Part shown: positions 48,101-60,882 of the stretch, in pieces
Position numbering within the stretch: the stretch's first letter is position 1
Layout: each line of letters starts with the position of its first letter
Source of the DNA: Octopus sinensis
Taxonomy: Eukaryota
DNA: 64,000 nucleotides
Assembly (NCBI RefSeq): GCF_006345805.1
Contig: NC_042999.1
Location: 141,360,001 to 141,424,000, forward strand
Reading direction: 5' to 3'
Notes under the pieces: generated by a model
Databases searched by the model: none
What the model was told of the DNA's origin: nothing
The model's input: the letters and a program-made list of their open reading frames with translations, nothing else
Made by a program: the position numbers and the translations under genes

Positions 48101-51100
48101 GGCCCAATTTGGCCAACCAGAGATCCTTCTTGGCACAATCCCAGGTAATTCTCTTTCCTTTGTTTCTCTTCCTTCTCTGCTTCCTCTCTTTAATACAAGA
48201 TTTATATATTGTAAGAAAAATTACTAATATCATCATACACACCACAATTATTTTTATCTTTTAAATCAGGAGAGAAGGTAATGTACATGGCCCTTCAAAA
48301 GGCCTCCTAGATTAGTGATTTTCACTTGGCTTGACAGGATATTCTTAAACTGGAGACCTTATCGGAATGTTTGCAATAGTCTGCTAAAAGCACCCAAGAG
48401 GCCAGTGGGTGGTGTTAAGCTCCTTATGGATTAAGCCTACCAAAGTAAGCCACAGCAGGATTTGAATTCAGAATGCAAAGAAGTGGAACAAATATCAGAA
48501 GGCATTCAGTTTGATGTTCTTACAGTTTCAATGATTCACTTGCTCTGGATTGATATTTTTTTATTAACCCCAAAAGATGAAAGGCAAAGTTGACTTTGGA
48601 GGGTATATGAATTTTGAGTGCCAAATGTTAGAACAAAATACCAAGAACCATCCTATAAGTCATCTTGACAATTATGCCAGTAAGATGTCAAAAGATTATC
48701 ATCACCATCAGCATCATCACCACTATCTCTTTGTCTTCACAAATTACTGTGACTCATATATCAACAAGGCAGGCAGATGGTCTTGTTATTTCCAGGTTCT
48801 TAGTTCAATCCCACTGTATGTCATTTTGGACTTTCATTTAGATTAGCCTTGTTTGCCCCAAGGCTTCTGAGTGAAGTTGGGTATATAGAAATTATGTAGA
48901 AGCACATCAGATGAACTTTACCTGTTATTGGATGCTACACATAATCCATAACCCAGTTTAACACACCCAACTGACCATATGGTGTGTTTTGTGAAGTTTG
49001 CTCTGTTACAAGCATTTGAACTAGATCAATATATTGATGCTGTTTCCTACATTGTGTGACTCTCAATGTTTCTTCCTCTCTTTCCTTGGTCAGTTTTAAG
49101 AGCCCTTCCTTCTCTGGCTAAGCTATAAAATTTGTTTTTTATATCAGACAGCCAACCATATTTACAAAAATATTGAAACTAAAATAACAACAGTCAGGCA
49201 CATTGTTATACATGCACACACATCCATATATCTGCACCCATCTGTATATTTTGTTGATATTTCTGTCACAGTTATGACTTTTTAAAGATATAATATATTT
49301 TATTGTAATTTAAAGTAAAAAACAAGGCAAAGAAAAGGAAAAACTGATTGTATAATTTTCATGTCTTTTTTAAATAGGAGCTGGTGGTACACAGCGCCTT
49401 ACTCGAGCTGTTGGAAAGTCCAAAGCTATGGAAATAGTTCTTACAGGAAATAGAATAACAGCAGCTGAAGCAGAAAAGTCAGGTATGCCAACAATATTTT
49501 TGTTATAGTTTGGGGAAAATGTTTCTTTTTGTATAATGTTTAATGATCTCTTACAAGTTAAGATAGTTGACACTTGTAATGTCTTCTTATTTTGGCATAT
49601 AGAAAAACACAAACAAAAAAACCCCTCTATACATTTATTTATACTGTCATATAGTTATTGGGATAAGATGTTTACCCATTGTACAGTACCTTGGGCAATT
49701 GCCTTCATTTGTAGCTCCAAGTTGACCTATGTCATGTTAGTGAAATTTAGTAAGTGGAAACTGTTGAATCCCATTGCATATATGTGTTAGTGTTTTTTTG
49801 TTTTGTGTGTGTGTGTGTGTGTGTGTGTAAAACAATACATTAAATTGCATCCTTTTGCATCAAATGGTAACTTTGCCATTCAGTAAATAAAGATCAATAA
49901 GTACTAGACTGAAATAAAAACTAGGGTCAACATGATTGGATAAAACCCCTTGAAGATGATGCCCCAAGGTGATTGCAGACCAATAGTTGAAATCACTAAG
50001 AGAGTTGGTGGTACAAGGTTTAATTACATTTTTAAAACAAGAAATTTGATAAAATATGGCATTGAATATTGGAATATTGGAGATTATTTAAAGCCATTAT
50101 ATAATCTGGAGGAACAGGAATTACTCCAATAGGACAAATTACAATAGATATGCATTAAGCCAATGACTTATAGCTGTTCAAGTGGAAGAAATATTAGCCA
50201 TATCAATCTCACCAGTCTCAAAGTTCTTTTAAGGGCTAGGCACAGCTCATTTCTCAAGGTCAAATCAGTAAGAAACAAGAATGTCTTATGACAGCACAAA
50301 CAAAACCATTCTATGCTGCATGTATTATAGTAAAAGTCACCTCTTCAGATTGATTTTCTATCCACCACTTGGAGACAGCAGTGTATGTGCCAATGAGCCC
50401 TTTAAATCACTGTTTGAGGTGCTGAAAACAGCAGCTAAATCACTCAAATTTTACTCTTCCATCATATAAAGAGAAGCAGACATTTGATAATGTTGTTCGG
50501 GATACACTATTTGAATAAGATGGGATGGTTACAACTTGCATTATATGAATGCTTAATTAGAACTAAATAATAGCAACACTAACTACAGCTCCATAACATG
50601 TGTCAGCAGTCAATATACATGGAAAGCTGCAGTATTGCAAATTTGTGCAAAGTATCACTGCAAGAAAAAAAATATATTGATGTAAAACTAATGTTGATGA
50701 TGATATTAATGTGTTGTTGTTTTCAGGTCTGGTAAGTAAAGTGGTCCCAGCAGATGAACTGATGTCAGCAACATTGAAAACAGCCGAGACAATTGCCAGT
50801 AATTCTAAATTGATAACAATGATGTGCAAAGAAGCTGTCAATGCAGGTGAGTTTTCTAGTTTAATTTAATTTAACTTAATATTTTAGCCAGAGTACAAGA
50901 GAAATGAAATGGCTGAGTGGATATTGTATTGAACAACCAACTGGCAGACCTTGGGTTCTGATTCATTGTAAACCTCAGTTCATTTACTTGTTTGGAATAA
51001 TATCAGATCATGTGCAGATTTTGCCTTAAGAACAACTGGCAATATATCAAGGGTAAATTTATTTCATCTGCTTCATACTGTGAAAGAGTTATGTACTAGT

Positions 51101-54100
51101 TCCTAAATGTCTTATGAAACTTAAGAAATATACATATTCTTTTTACATCATAATGTACTGCCTGCACATGTATACCATGCACAAAAATTAATACACTTAG
51201 ATCTATAAGGAGCTATGCATTGACTAAAATTACATTTGTGAATTTTATCTTGCAGGGATAGATATCATAACATGTTAAAATCACTATTTTTTCCCTGTGA
51301 TTCAGACAAACACAAAACACACATAAGCACCAAAATGGTGCAGTATCAATTGTTCCTTAAGACCTACAGTGTAAGAGTTAAAGTTGTTGTGCATAGAATC
51401 AATCTTACCATCCTTGTCATTTCCACTATTAGAGCCTTTAATTACATATGAATAAGTGGGTCTCAAAATCTGTTAGATCATAGAAACATTACTGAAGACT
51501 TGGCATTCATATAGTGTACCTAGAGCAAGTTAACTGGTGATATTCATCTCTTTCCAGTCAATTCTCACAGGAAGTTAATCTTGACTCTGTAGGCTAACAA
51601 AATATCTGTTGGTGTTTTTTTTTTCTCACTTTCTGCTACTTATTAATTGCTAAGTGATCCAGAAAAACAGTACATGTAAATCATTCTCTAACTTGCTTGT
51701 TTTTCATTGCTAAGTTATGTGGTCTCTTGCTATGAAACAAATACAACATGCCCTAAATATCATAGTGCTCTTAACACAGTCAACAGTTTAGTCGTAGTCA
51801 AAACTAGGACATTTCGGATACTTGTCATGTGGGTAGTTCCCATATGCTCAGTTAGATACTTCCTTGGATAGACAATTGGATACTCAATTGTCTATCCAAG
51901 CACAGTTAATCAAAGTTGCTCAATATCAGTGAAAAGAGTGGTTTCCACTACTAGAACCACTGCCAGCATTGTCGTCATGATCTTCATAACCATTACTATA
52001 GTTTCTATATTTATTACTTCCTCAATACTAATATATACTACCATGCTTGCTATTTTCACCTTCAATACAATCATAACTACCATCTTATCTATTTTCATTA
52101 TCAAACCATTCTTCTTAAACTTCCAACATTAACTTTAGTCCCATCATTACTATCAACTCTACTTACACCTCTATCATAACCGCCATATTAACATCAATAC
52201 TGTAACCATCATCATCATTCTTGTCACCATCACTATTATTATTACTACCACTACTACAACTACTATAACCTCATATCTCCCTGCTGTCTTGAAAATGGAA
52301 AGACAATGGATAATGTAATATTAAAATAAAGATAGAATGGTTACAGCAAGAACACCTTTAATCTTCTGTCTGCTGCCCATTTAAACTTGACCTGGGTTAA
52401 ACCCCAACAATAATCTGTATCACTATCTCTATCTCTACCATCACCATATAATTTATGCTTATTTATTCATCTTCTGTATTTTTTAATCTGTTTCAGCATT
52501 TGAGATGACTCTCCAAGAAGGTTGTCACTTTGAGAAGAGGATATTTCACAGCACTTTTGCTACTGTAAGTTCATTAATCTGATATGATATGTACAAGTTT
52601 GCCTTCCATTCACATGGTTTCAGATTCAATCCTACTGGATGGCACCTTGGCCAAATGTCTACTATAGCTCCAGAGCAACCAAAGTCTTGTGAGTGGATTA
52701 AGTAGGCAGAAACTGAAAAGAAGCCCTGTGTGTGTGTGTGCTACTGTTTTCTTGCCATGACATTGCATGATAATTGTCAATATCACTGTAATGCAAGTGA
52801 TATTCTTTGTTTCCAATCTTTTGAGACATGTCTGGTCATGGGGAAATATTATCTTGCTTGAAAACCGGTGAGGGGTGGTGACAAGAAGGGTATCCAGCAA
52901 TAAAAAGTCTGCCTCCACAACTTCTTTCCAACCCATGTGAGCATGGAAAAGCCGACATTAAAATGACAATGAATGATGATGATGGTAATTCTGCACTGAG
53001 TTCCAGACAACTCATTTGTCACTTGCCATCAGGAATGCAATTATTGTAAATTGTTGAAAATCTGAAACAAATGGTGTTAGTAAAAAAAAAATGTGAAGTG
53101 CTTTACAGCTAATCCTTCTCTTTGGAATTTTCTTTCCTCTCCACATTTTCCCTGCAGACATCAACTAAGATATGTTGAAACTGAACATCAACCATATCAA
53201 ATCTTGCTCACAAAGGGCCTGCAGAGATTAAACACACTGTTCCATCTCCTGACTAAGCTTTAAAAAGCATATATTTTAAATTTTTGAACATTATCATTAT
53301 ATGTCCATTTTTCTATGATTGCATGGGTTGTGTGAGTATTTTTCAGGAGCACAGTGTCTCACCATTTGTTGCAGTCCTGCCATCTCTTTTGTAAAGTTCA
53401 GCCTTGTGAAATCAGCCTTTGCCACTTCTTGCCATATTTTCCTGTTTCCTTTTCTATTTATACAGATCAAATACACTGTACCTGTACCTTCTCTCTTGCA
53501 TACCACATCTGATTCATCTTATATCCAGTCTTTTCTTTTTTCAGCTCTTTTATGTTCTTATTTCATACACCCACCATGCATTCATACAGAAGTATCATAC
53601 AATCTATTCTTACTCTTACTGCTATGGTATCTGACTCCACGCCACTAATTAGACCACCTAGGTAATGGAAGCTATCAACTACTTTGCAGGAGTCTTCTTA
53701 CATTTAAAATAATTTACTTCATGAGTGCTCCTATTACTCACCATTCCTATACATCTACTACATAGTGTCATCAGCTCATCTATGATATTCCTGAGTTCTG
53801 CTTTCCTGCTAACTAAAACTTTTGTCTCTGCTAGGTTTACTTTGCAGCCTCTGGATTCTAAGCATTGCTTCCAAATTTGGAATTTCCACTAATTCTTGAA
53901 AAGATTCAGCCACAAGTACCAACTCATTACCATACATGAGTTCCTAGTTTTAGACTCCTTTGTTATGGTCTGGACAACTATAACATACAAGAAGGAACTG
54001 AGAACTGAACTGTGGACACTACCAGCAAAATTCTTCACAGATATCATTTCTAACTCTTGCCTTGATGGTGACATCTCAATACATGGTTTTCAAAAGCTAT

Positions 54101-54795
54101 TTTTCTTCACCTAGATATTTTTTTAGAATCTCCAGACTACAGAACCTATCATAGAATTGTCTCACTAGTAAGAGGTTATCACTGGTATCCCATCCAGACA
54201 TAAATCTGAATTTTGTCTCAACTAAGCAAATTCTTTTCTCAATCAGTGTGCTACATTGCTTTCTGTTACTTTCATAACTTGGTCTATCAATTTGATGCAT
54301 CTTTACAGCATCTCTTTTGCCCCTCTTTATTTAGGCCCACCAAAGTCTCTCCTCATTTCTTTTCTCCTTGATAATGCCATATTCAGTCTTCACCCCTCCA
54401 TCAACAACTTGTTCTTAGTTCTCAGAATATCAATCATCCCTTTGGAATTCTGTCCTAACCCTTATTTTTCCTGCAGTTATCAACATTAACTGCAGTCTTA
54501 GGTCCTGGTCTTCAGCAGTACAACAGCACTAATAACATACTCTGTTACAGGTGTCAAATGGAGGCTAAGAAACTTATAGGGTGGAAGTTTCTTAGAAGAA
54601 TGTTGTACATTACATGTAGATTTAGAACTTTGAGGAGAGGATGAGAGAGTAAGTGAGGTAGTTACTATTATGTGTTGTTCATTGCAATTAATTTATCCTA
54701 ATTAAATTTTTACTTTACTTATTTTCCAGAATGATCGAAAAGAAGGAATGACAGCATTTGTTGAAAAGAGGCCAGCAGAATTTACTGACAGTTAA
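34505..54795 (+). CDS. ECHS1: Enoyl-CoA hydratase, mitochondrial (crotonase), join(34505..34619,44631..44828,46736..46863,48045..48144,49378..49482,50727..50846,52497..52564,54730..54795), 900 nt, 299 aa
   Basis: The spliced translation contains [37 protein letters not shown] (catalytic Glu), [20 protein letters not shown] (second catalytic Glu) and [10 protein letters not shown]. The N-terminus is Arg-rich and acid-free, like a mitochondrial presequence. All introns are GT-AG. Confidence 0.96.
34811..35053 (+). mobile_element. SINE 3' half (same family as 26389-26760)
   Basis: High similarity to 26524-26760. Confidence 0.8.
36319..36745. mobile_element. Foldback/MITE-like element with about 110-bp imperfect terminal inverted repeats
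   Basis: GTCATAAATTCGGGTAAAATGGATATATAT…AAAATTTCA mirrored at about 36640-36745; partial third copy inside. Confidence 0.8.
37570..37770 (+). mobile_element. Highly decayed CR1 3' fragment
   Basis: Similar to 5870-6075 (ACTGACTTGGCAAAAGCTCTCAAG…TGGAATAAA). Confidence 0.55.
38642..38786 (-). mobile_element. SINE 3' fragment (same family as 26389-26760)
   Basis: Reverse complement of 26630-26760. Confidence 0.8.
38821..38867. repeat. Perfect 21-bp inverted repeat with 5-nt loop
   Basis: TTGTAATTCCCCCAAAACCCA-TCACT-TGGGTTTTGGGGGAATTACAA. Confidence 0.95.
40250..41830 (+). mobile_element. Old, internally deleted Jockey/CR1/L2-superfamily LINE relic
   Basis: Endonuclease-like ORF 40422..40730 (…HQLVSSPTH) and an LYKALI-x-PTMEY C-terminal remnant near 41480-41520. 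Related decayed pieces at about 55990-57110 (-) and 7800-8400 (-). Confidence 0.5.
42590..42817. mobile_element. MITE-like element with about 55-bp imperfect TIRs
   Basis: ACTATAACTGCTCAATGGAAGA…GATAGCTAGAT is the approximate reverse complement of ATCTAGCTATC…TCTTCCTTTGAGCAATTATAGT. Confidence 0.65.
44045..44246 (-). mobile_element. Second tRNA-headed SINE family (AAGGCAGCGAGCTGGCAGAA head)
   Basis: Related copies at 25221-25425, 43221-43440 and 46510-46640; B-box-like GAGTTCAAATT on the minus strand. Confidence 0.7.
44631..44828 (+). CDS. ECHS1: ECHS1 exon 2
   Basis: TTCTCAACAG|; ends GCAG|GTAAGT; 198 nt. Confidence 0.95.
45068..47654 (+). repeat. About 250-bp direct duplication in ECHS1 introns 2 and 3 (45068-45322 and 47413-47654)
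   Basis: Long identical stretches, e.g. AAAATGTTCTTTTGTTAGATTGGGTTGCCATGTAGGTTTTTAACATGAATCAATGTAGAAATGTCAA, in both copies. Confidence 0.92.
46736..46863 (+). CDS. ECHS1: ECHS1 exon 3
   Basis: AGADIKEM…AAVNGYA; TTTCAAG| and |GTAAGC; 128 nt. Confidence 0.95.
48045..48144 (+). CDS. ECHS1: ECHS1 exon 4 (both catalytic Glu residues)
   Basis: [14 protein letters not shown]…[11 protein letters not shown]; TTTTTTCCAG| and |GTAATT; 100 nt. Confidence 0.96.
49378..49482 (+). CDS. ECHS1: ECHS1 exon 5
   Basis: [19 protein letters not shown]…; AAATAG| and |GTATGC; 105 nt. Confidence 0.95.
50727..50846 (+). CDS. ECHS1: ECHS1 exon 6
   Basis: GLVSKVVP…CKEAVNA; TTTTCAG| and |GTGAGT; 120 nt. Confidence 0.95.
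51863..51900. repeat. Perfect 16-bp inverted repeat with 6-nt loop
   Basis: CTTGGATAGACAATTG-GATACT-CAATTGTCTATCCAAG. Confidence 0.95.
52497..52564 (+). CDS. ECHS1: ECHS1 exon 7
   Basis: [23 protein letters not shown]; TGTTTCAG| and |GTAAGT; 68 nt. Confidence 0.95.
54730..54795 (+). CDS. ECHS1: ECHS1 terminal exon ([21 protein letters not shown])
   Basis: TTTTCCAG|; TAA at 54793-54795; 66 nt. Confidence 0.95.
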   Translation, partial: NDRKEGMTAFVEKRPAEFTDS

Positions 54796-54948
54796 ATAAC
54801 TTAGTGCATACTATGATGACAACAGCTATTAATTGGTTAAGACAATTATCTCTGATAACATATCTTTTGTGCTCACTTAACTTTGGAAATCAATCAAGTT
54901 TTTCTGCTCTTAGTTTTGCAGTATCTGTAAAAATGATAATTAGAGGTT

Positions 54949-54954
54949 AATAAA
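54949..54954 (+). terminator. Candidate ECHS1 polyadenylation signal AATAAA
   Basis: AATAAA about 155 nt after the stop codon, followed by T-rich sequence. Confidence 0.55.
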
Positions 54955-57900
54955 GCAACATAATTTTTTACATTCTCTTTCTTTAAATTGCTTATTTTCC
55001 AGTATTAACTTTTCCAAAGCTGTTGTATTGGAAACTGTTATTATATTTGTTCTGACTAGGCTTATCTCAAAAGGACTACAGTCAAGTAATTGACTCCAGT
55101 ATACTACTGGTACTTTATTTCATCGACTTTGGGGGAATTCAAGGGAAAGTCAGGATTTGAACATTTTTATGGCATAGTCTAAGATTGGCAATGTCCATAA
55201 TATTTTCGTGAGCCACCAGGATGGGTGGTAAAAAAATGGAATAACATCACTGCCCACAAGTCATAGGTTATTTCAGGAGGGAATAGTATATCAATGCATC
55301 AAGTTATCCTAAAACTAAAGACCTGAACCAAATGCTTGCAACAAAATGACCTCCACTGAAAGTGCTCAAGGGTCTGTTAGTGATGTTAAACTGAGTAATA
55401 GATTAAGACCCTCTGTCTATCCAGTTTCACTTACAAAGCTTAAGTCAACAAGATATTGTTTAAGGTTTCACACAGTGGGAGTGAACCTAAAACTACATAA
55501 TTAAGAAGTGAATTTCTTAATCACAGAACCACACATGTTCTCACGAGGAAAAAAAAAACACTTGTGATGCCACATAAAAAGCACCTAGCCACTGTAAAGT
55601 GGTTGGTGTTCGGAAGGGCATCTAACTGTGGAAACCAAGCCACAACAGACAAATGTTGTTTGGGCAGCTGACCAGCTCTTGTCAAACTGTCCAACCCATG
55701 CCAGCATAGAAAACAGATGTTAAGTGAGGATGATTAACTGTAGCCCGCTGCCATTCTTGCCAACTTACTCACTGCCATACTATTAATTTATATATATAAC
55801 AATTAACATATAGTTCGTTAAAGAAAAATGAAGTTTCAAGTCTTTTGATAATTGCTCATGTGGATGAGCTGAAAGCTTAGAATTTCCTTATGTTGTAACT
55901 TCCAAGTGTCAGAAAGGTTGAAACTGTACTAGGTGGCACCTATATGCACATGCTTCATTTCATTTTGAATGTGACCTGAACAAAGACCCTATCAAAGACA
56001 GAATATGATCCACTGATGATATATATATATATATATTGGTGAGCAAGATAAAGTAGAAATGGATAGTGTTGGAGAAGGTCTGTTTTGTGAGGATTTGAAA
56101 GCAATTGTAAAAGTTATTCTTGGTAGGAATACAGCACTATTATGGTTGATATCTGGAAGCAAGAAATATTCCACAAAATTGGTAGAGATTCTTTTATCAT
56201 AAGACTAAAAAGATCGGTTGCAGTTTGTATGCTGGAGAGCTTGAGACAGCATGGAAATCACCTATACCCTACACACTGAATGGCTTTTGCTTAGCTCAGC
56301 AATACTGGCAAGATCATCATCTTGCCATTTTATTTGATGATCATGCATGTGTCCTTGTGCTAGATAAAACCCATCCAGCTTCTAGAGTGTAGGTGATTTT
56401 TTGTTTTTTCTTTTGCCAAACATTTTGAGCTACATATTTTACCTGAACTACTTGGGATATTTGGGCTATGAGATTTGGTTATGTGTGGGAAGAGAAGGGA
56501 CAGAAATATGGTTTAACTCTCCTGCTTAGTTGTTCCTGATGGGTTGTAGTGAACTACCTATGCTGCTAAAGATAGAATAGAACTGGTAAAGCCTCAATGC
56601 AAACATCTAAATTGAAGTCTATGAGGAGAGGACATTGCATAGTATGTGAGGTAGGTATAATAAGGTAGTTGTTGGGCAACCCTGTAGGTGAATAAACTGT
56701 GATGGTTTGGAGGCATGGAAAAAAAAAAGATCAAGGACATATGAAATGTCTGTGTTGGTCAGTGATGCATACTGAGGATGAAACCAGTTGATGTTGAGGA
56801 CAGCAAAAGGTTCAATTTCTGTACCAGTGGCATCAGTATGGGATGAGTTTGCAAGTTAAGAAAAGTTGCAAGTGTTAATAAATAGCACAGAGAACAATGA
56901 CTTCAAAGGAAAGTAAGATTTATGTCCTTGAGCAAGGAAGAGATATAGTTGAAAAGTTGTTGATAGAATTTGGAGACAAATAGAGGAAGTAGATGTATTT
57001 AGAAGAATGTGGCAGAAGCTTTGAATTAAAGTAACTGGGAGTCTTCTGTTGAGACCCGGGTGAGTGGCAGGGAGAATAACATCAATAGTGTCAACTTATA
57101 GTATTTAATGAAGTGTTGTCACAGTGAAAAGTGCAGGATGATGAATTAAGTAAAAATGAATTTTAATTTCAAACGATTAACAACCAGGTGAAGCATGTAG
57201 CATGTGAATGGTTATACCTCAGAGAAATTTGTCAATCAAGTTAATCAATGGAAAATAAAAGCGATGATGATGAAAGTGTAGAATTAAAATAATATTTCAG
57301 ATTTCATATGTATTACTCTGTCTGGTTTTATTGGTTAGTGAAAACCAATGAAACTGAAGCTTTTCACATCTAAGTCCATTCCAGCATGGTTTCTCTTTCA
57401 TCTGTAAGGAAGGTGGCAGGAGAGATACAGCATATATAAAAATATGACATTGTTATAACAGTGATATAATTTGTCTTGCTTCTACTATTTCTGCTATTTT
57501 CTGTTTGTTTATTAACTGTATTTTATGTCTTTTAATGCTTTTGTGCTTATCGTAGACTTCATTAATATTGGAAACGTACCAGTTTTAGTTGTTGGGGTTT
57601 TGATTTTAAGGTAAAATCCATTGTAATGTCACAGTGCTCTTTAAAATATACTAGCAGCCTGTATTGTAAGATTATCCTCATTCCTCATGAAAATATTTCA
57701 AAACTGTGTTATTAGAAGGTGGTATGTTATCAATATTTTTGACATCTTTTTTGTGTCTATTACAAATTCCACCAAATTTTTTGTGTGATGTTTCAAGTTT
57801 TCTAATGCTGCTAGTTAATAAAAATGCAATAAGAAACAAGTAAAGCATTTTTGTTTTTTTCACATAAAAGAGGAAAATGTAGCTTCCTTTGATTCAATGC

Positions 57901-58339
57901 CAAACATTTACTTTTCAAATATTCTTCACTTAGATTTTTCAAACGGATTTAAGCTGTTGTTGCTTCAGATTGGTCTTATCACCAGTCCTTATTTATAACA
58001 AATAAAAGTTTCATATTTGCATGTATATCAAGAAGGAAGCTGAAGGAATGAGCTGGGCAACAAAGCAAAAGAGAAGATAGTTCCTTATGCAAAATATTCT
58101 AGAGAGAGTGAGAGTAGAGGACCCAGTAAAGTGAAGTTGGTGTGTACCCAAATCAGAAAACAGAATCATATGGTGTGATGCAAGTAGTATAGCAATAGGA
58201 GTTGTTCTGGAATTAGAGTATGTTCAAGTGGTGGATGCAGCATGGCTCAGGAAGAAGGACAATTATGATCACATCTATGGAGCTGAAGTAGATACTGTGC
58301 TAAAGGGTGCAAATCTGGTGCTGAGATGGGACTGCACAT

Positions 58340-59860
58340 TATCATCATCACCGTCATTTAATGTCTGTTTTCCATGCTGGCATGGGTTGGACAGTTTGAC
58401 ATGGAGCTGGCCAGCTAGAGAGCTGTTCAGGCTCCAATTGTCTGCTGTGGCATGGTTTCTATAGCTGGATGCCTTTCCTAGCACCAATTACTTTATAGTG
58501 TGATGAGCACGAGTGCATTTTATGTGGCACCAGCACCTGCAAAGGACAAGCCTGTATGGAGACAGTGATTTTACTTAGCTTGACATGTCTTTTCAAGTAC
58601 AGTAAATCGCCATGACTCCTGGTTTTTTGTCATTTCCTCAGTGAGGTCCAGTGACCAGATATTTTGTCCCACATCTTCCTAGGGCTACCCCTTCCACAGG
58701 TTCCCTCCACAATTAGAGCTTGGCACTCCTTTACACAACTGACCTCATTCATATGTGTCACCTGATCAAACCAGTATAGTCTTCTCTCTTGCACACAACT
58801 CTGATGCTTCTTATACTCGGTTTTCCTCTTAAATCAGTTACACTCTGTCATGCATGCACACTGACATTACTCATCCAGCGGAGCATGCTAGCCTCATTTC
58901 TTTCAAGCCTTTGCAAGTTCTCTGTAGTCAAAGCCCATGTTTCACTGTTATGTAACAGTTGTACATACAGAGGCATCATACAATCTGCCTTTCACTCTGA
59001 GGGAGAGGCCCTTAGTTACTAAGAGTAAAAGCTCTCTGAACTTTGCCCAGCCCATTTTTATTCTAGCAACTATACTTTCACAACTTCCTCCACCACTGCT
59101 AACTTGGCTCTTAGGTAACAGAAGCTATTTACTACTTCTAATGATTCCCCCCAGCATTTGAGGGAGTCTATTGTCTGTACATTTTTAGTGCTTATTGTAC
59201 CTGCACATTTGCCACACACAAAGACTATCTTCTCTGTTAACCTTCCTGTTATACTACTACACCTCTTATGTGTCCAAAGCTTGCACTGAAAAAGTACAAT
59301 GTATGAAGTTTCTACCAACATCCTTCTAACATATCGAGCAGGGCTATCTCTCTGAAGGGACTTGCGATTTGTCTGTTTTCCTACTTATCTGGACTGGTTT
59401 TTGCTAAATTAACGCCTTAGATTCCAGGCCTTGCTTCCTGAAATTTCTGTTCTAGGTCAGGTAGTGATTCAGCTATAAGAACAAGGTCATCAGCATAGAA
59501 GAGCTACCAGAGGCAGCCAGTCTTGAATTCCTTTGTTAAAGCTTGGAGGACTAAGATAAACAAAAATGGTGGCTACAGTTAATCATCATCATCATCATCA
59601 TTTAACATCTGTTAAGATGAAGGGGTCTTGGTGAACAAAAGGGGTTTTGGTGAACACCTACCTGTACACTGAATTCATTGCTATACTTATTGCCAACCTT
59701 CATCTTACTTGCAGCATCTCTTTACATGGCTTGTACAGCTCTCACTAACCACTCATCTGTGCTACCTTCTGCATTGACTACCAGATAAGGGAGCAGGGGA
59801 CCCTGTCAAAACTTTCTCCATGTCGACAAAAACCAAGTACAGAGGTTTATTTTTGGCTAG
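58340..59860 (-). mobile_element. Degenerate RTE LINE (host element; further fragments at 60580-60882 and 63451-63810)
   Basis: Reverse-complement similarity to 18300-19888; KPLYLxFVDMEK-type remnant at about 59820-59860. Confidence 0.75.
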
Positions 59861-60882
59861 ATACTTCTGCAATTGCCTAACACAATGAAGATAAATACCA
59901 GTTCGTAGTAAGGTATACACTAGTTGAAGTGCTGTAACAAGAAGTTGTGGCTACAATGCAGAGCCAGTTGAAGCACATGTCATGTAAGCAGTTGTGCCTA
60001 CTATGCAGAGTCAGTTACTTGATACAGAAAGATCTTGCAGGTTGTACTTTCTGTTAACCACGGTGAAGTAATTCACAAACAGTGTGGAGTTGGACCTGAG
60101 CGAATGCTGCTGTGTACGTAGAGATGTTGGCAATGTTAAGATGAAGGCGACAGAGATGGAAGTCCTGAATGCTGCTGGTATTGTCTGTTGCTGAAACTGG
60201 CTGTGGGCTCTGTGGTCAGTGGTTAGACCTTAGAAGGTCTAGAACCAAAGACGAAATATGGTTTTATAACTAGCTTTTTATAACGACTAGGAGGCTCCAA
60301 CGGAGATTTAGAAGACTGTGTCACGGGACCTTAGAAGGCTGAGATTGGTTGGGTGGCACATTGGCACATAATAGAGCAAGAGACAAATTGCGCCAATACC
60401 AACCAATGAGAGTAGTGGACACAACAGGGTCCAAGAGGCTGAAAGTTAGCTGTTATCAGCTATGTCTGTATTTATGTTATATATAACAGAGAGAGAGAGA
60501 GAATTTCACTAAACCTCCACTACATATGTATTCAGTTGAGACTGCTTTTGATCTTGTCAGGAAGCGAGACACAAATTTTGCTGCAACTCTTTTTATTCAC
60601 AATTCCTTGCACAAAATTCATTAGCAGGAGCTTTTGGACACACCAACTTTATGTAGTTGTTCACATTCAGACACATCATATGTCCAAACCAACATAGTCT
60701 TCTCTCTTGCATGTTACATTTGATTCCTCTTATGCTTAACTTTTCTATCAATAAATTTGTACTTTGTTGTACATGCATACTACCTTCATTTCTCTCCAGT
60801 CTACGAATATGTCTTCTGCATTCAGTGCCTATGTCTCACTACCATGGAGTATAGCCATTCGCACACAAGTATCATATAGTCT

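Noticed and set aside
57320-58000. Acceptor-like sites and AATAAA on the minus strand suggesting the last exon of a neighbouring gene
   Set aside because: No consistent multi-exon frame or recognisable protein can be built within the window.
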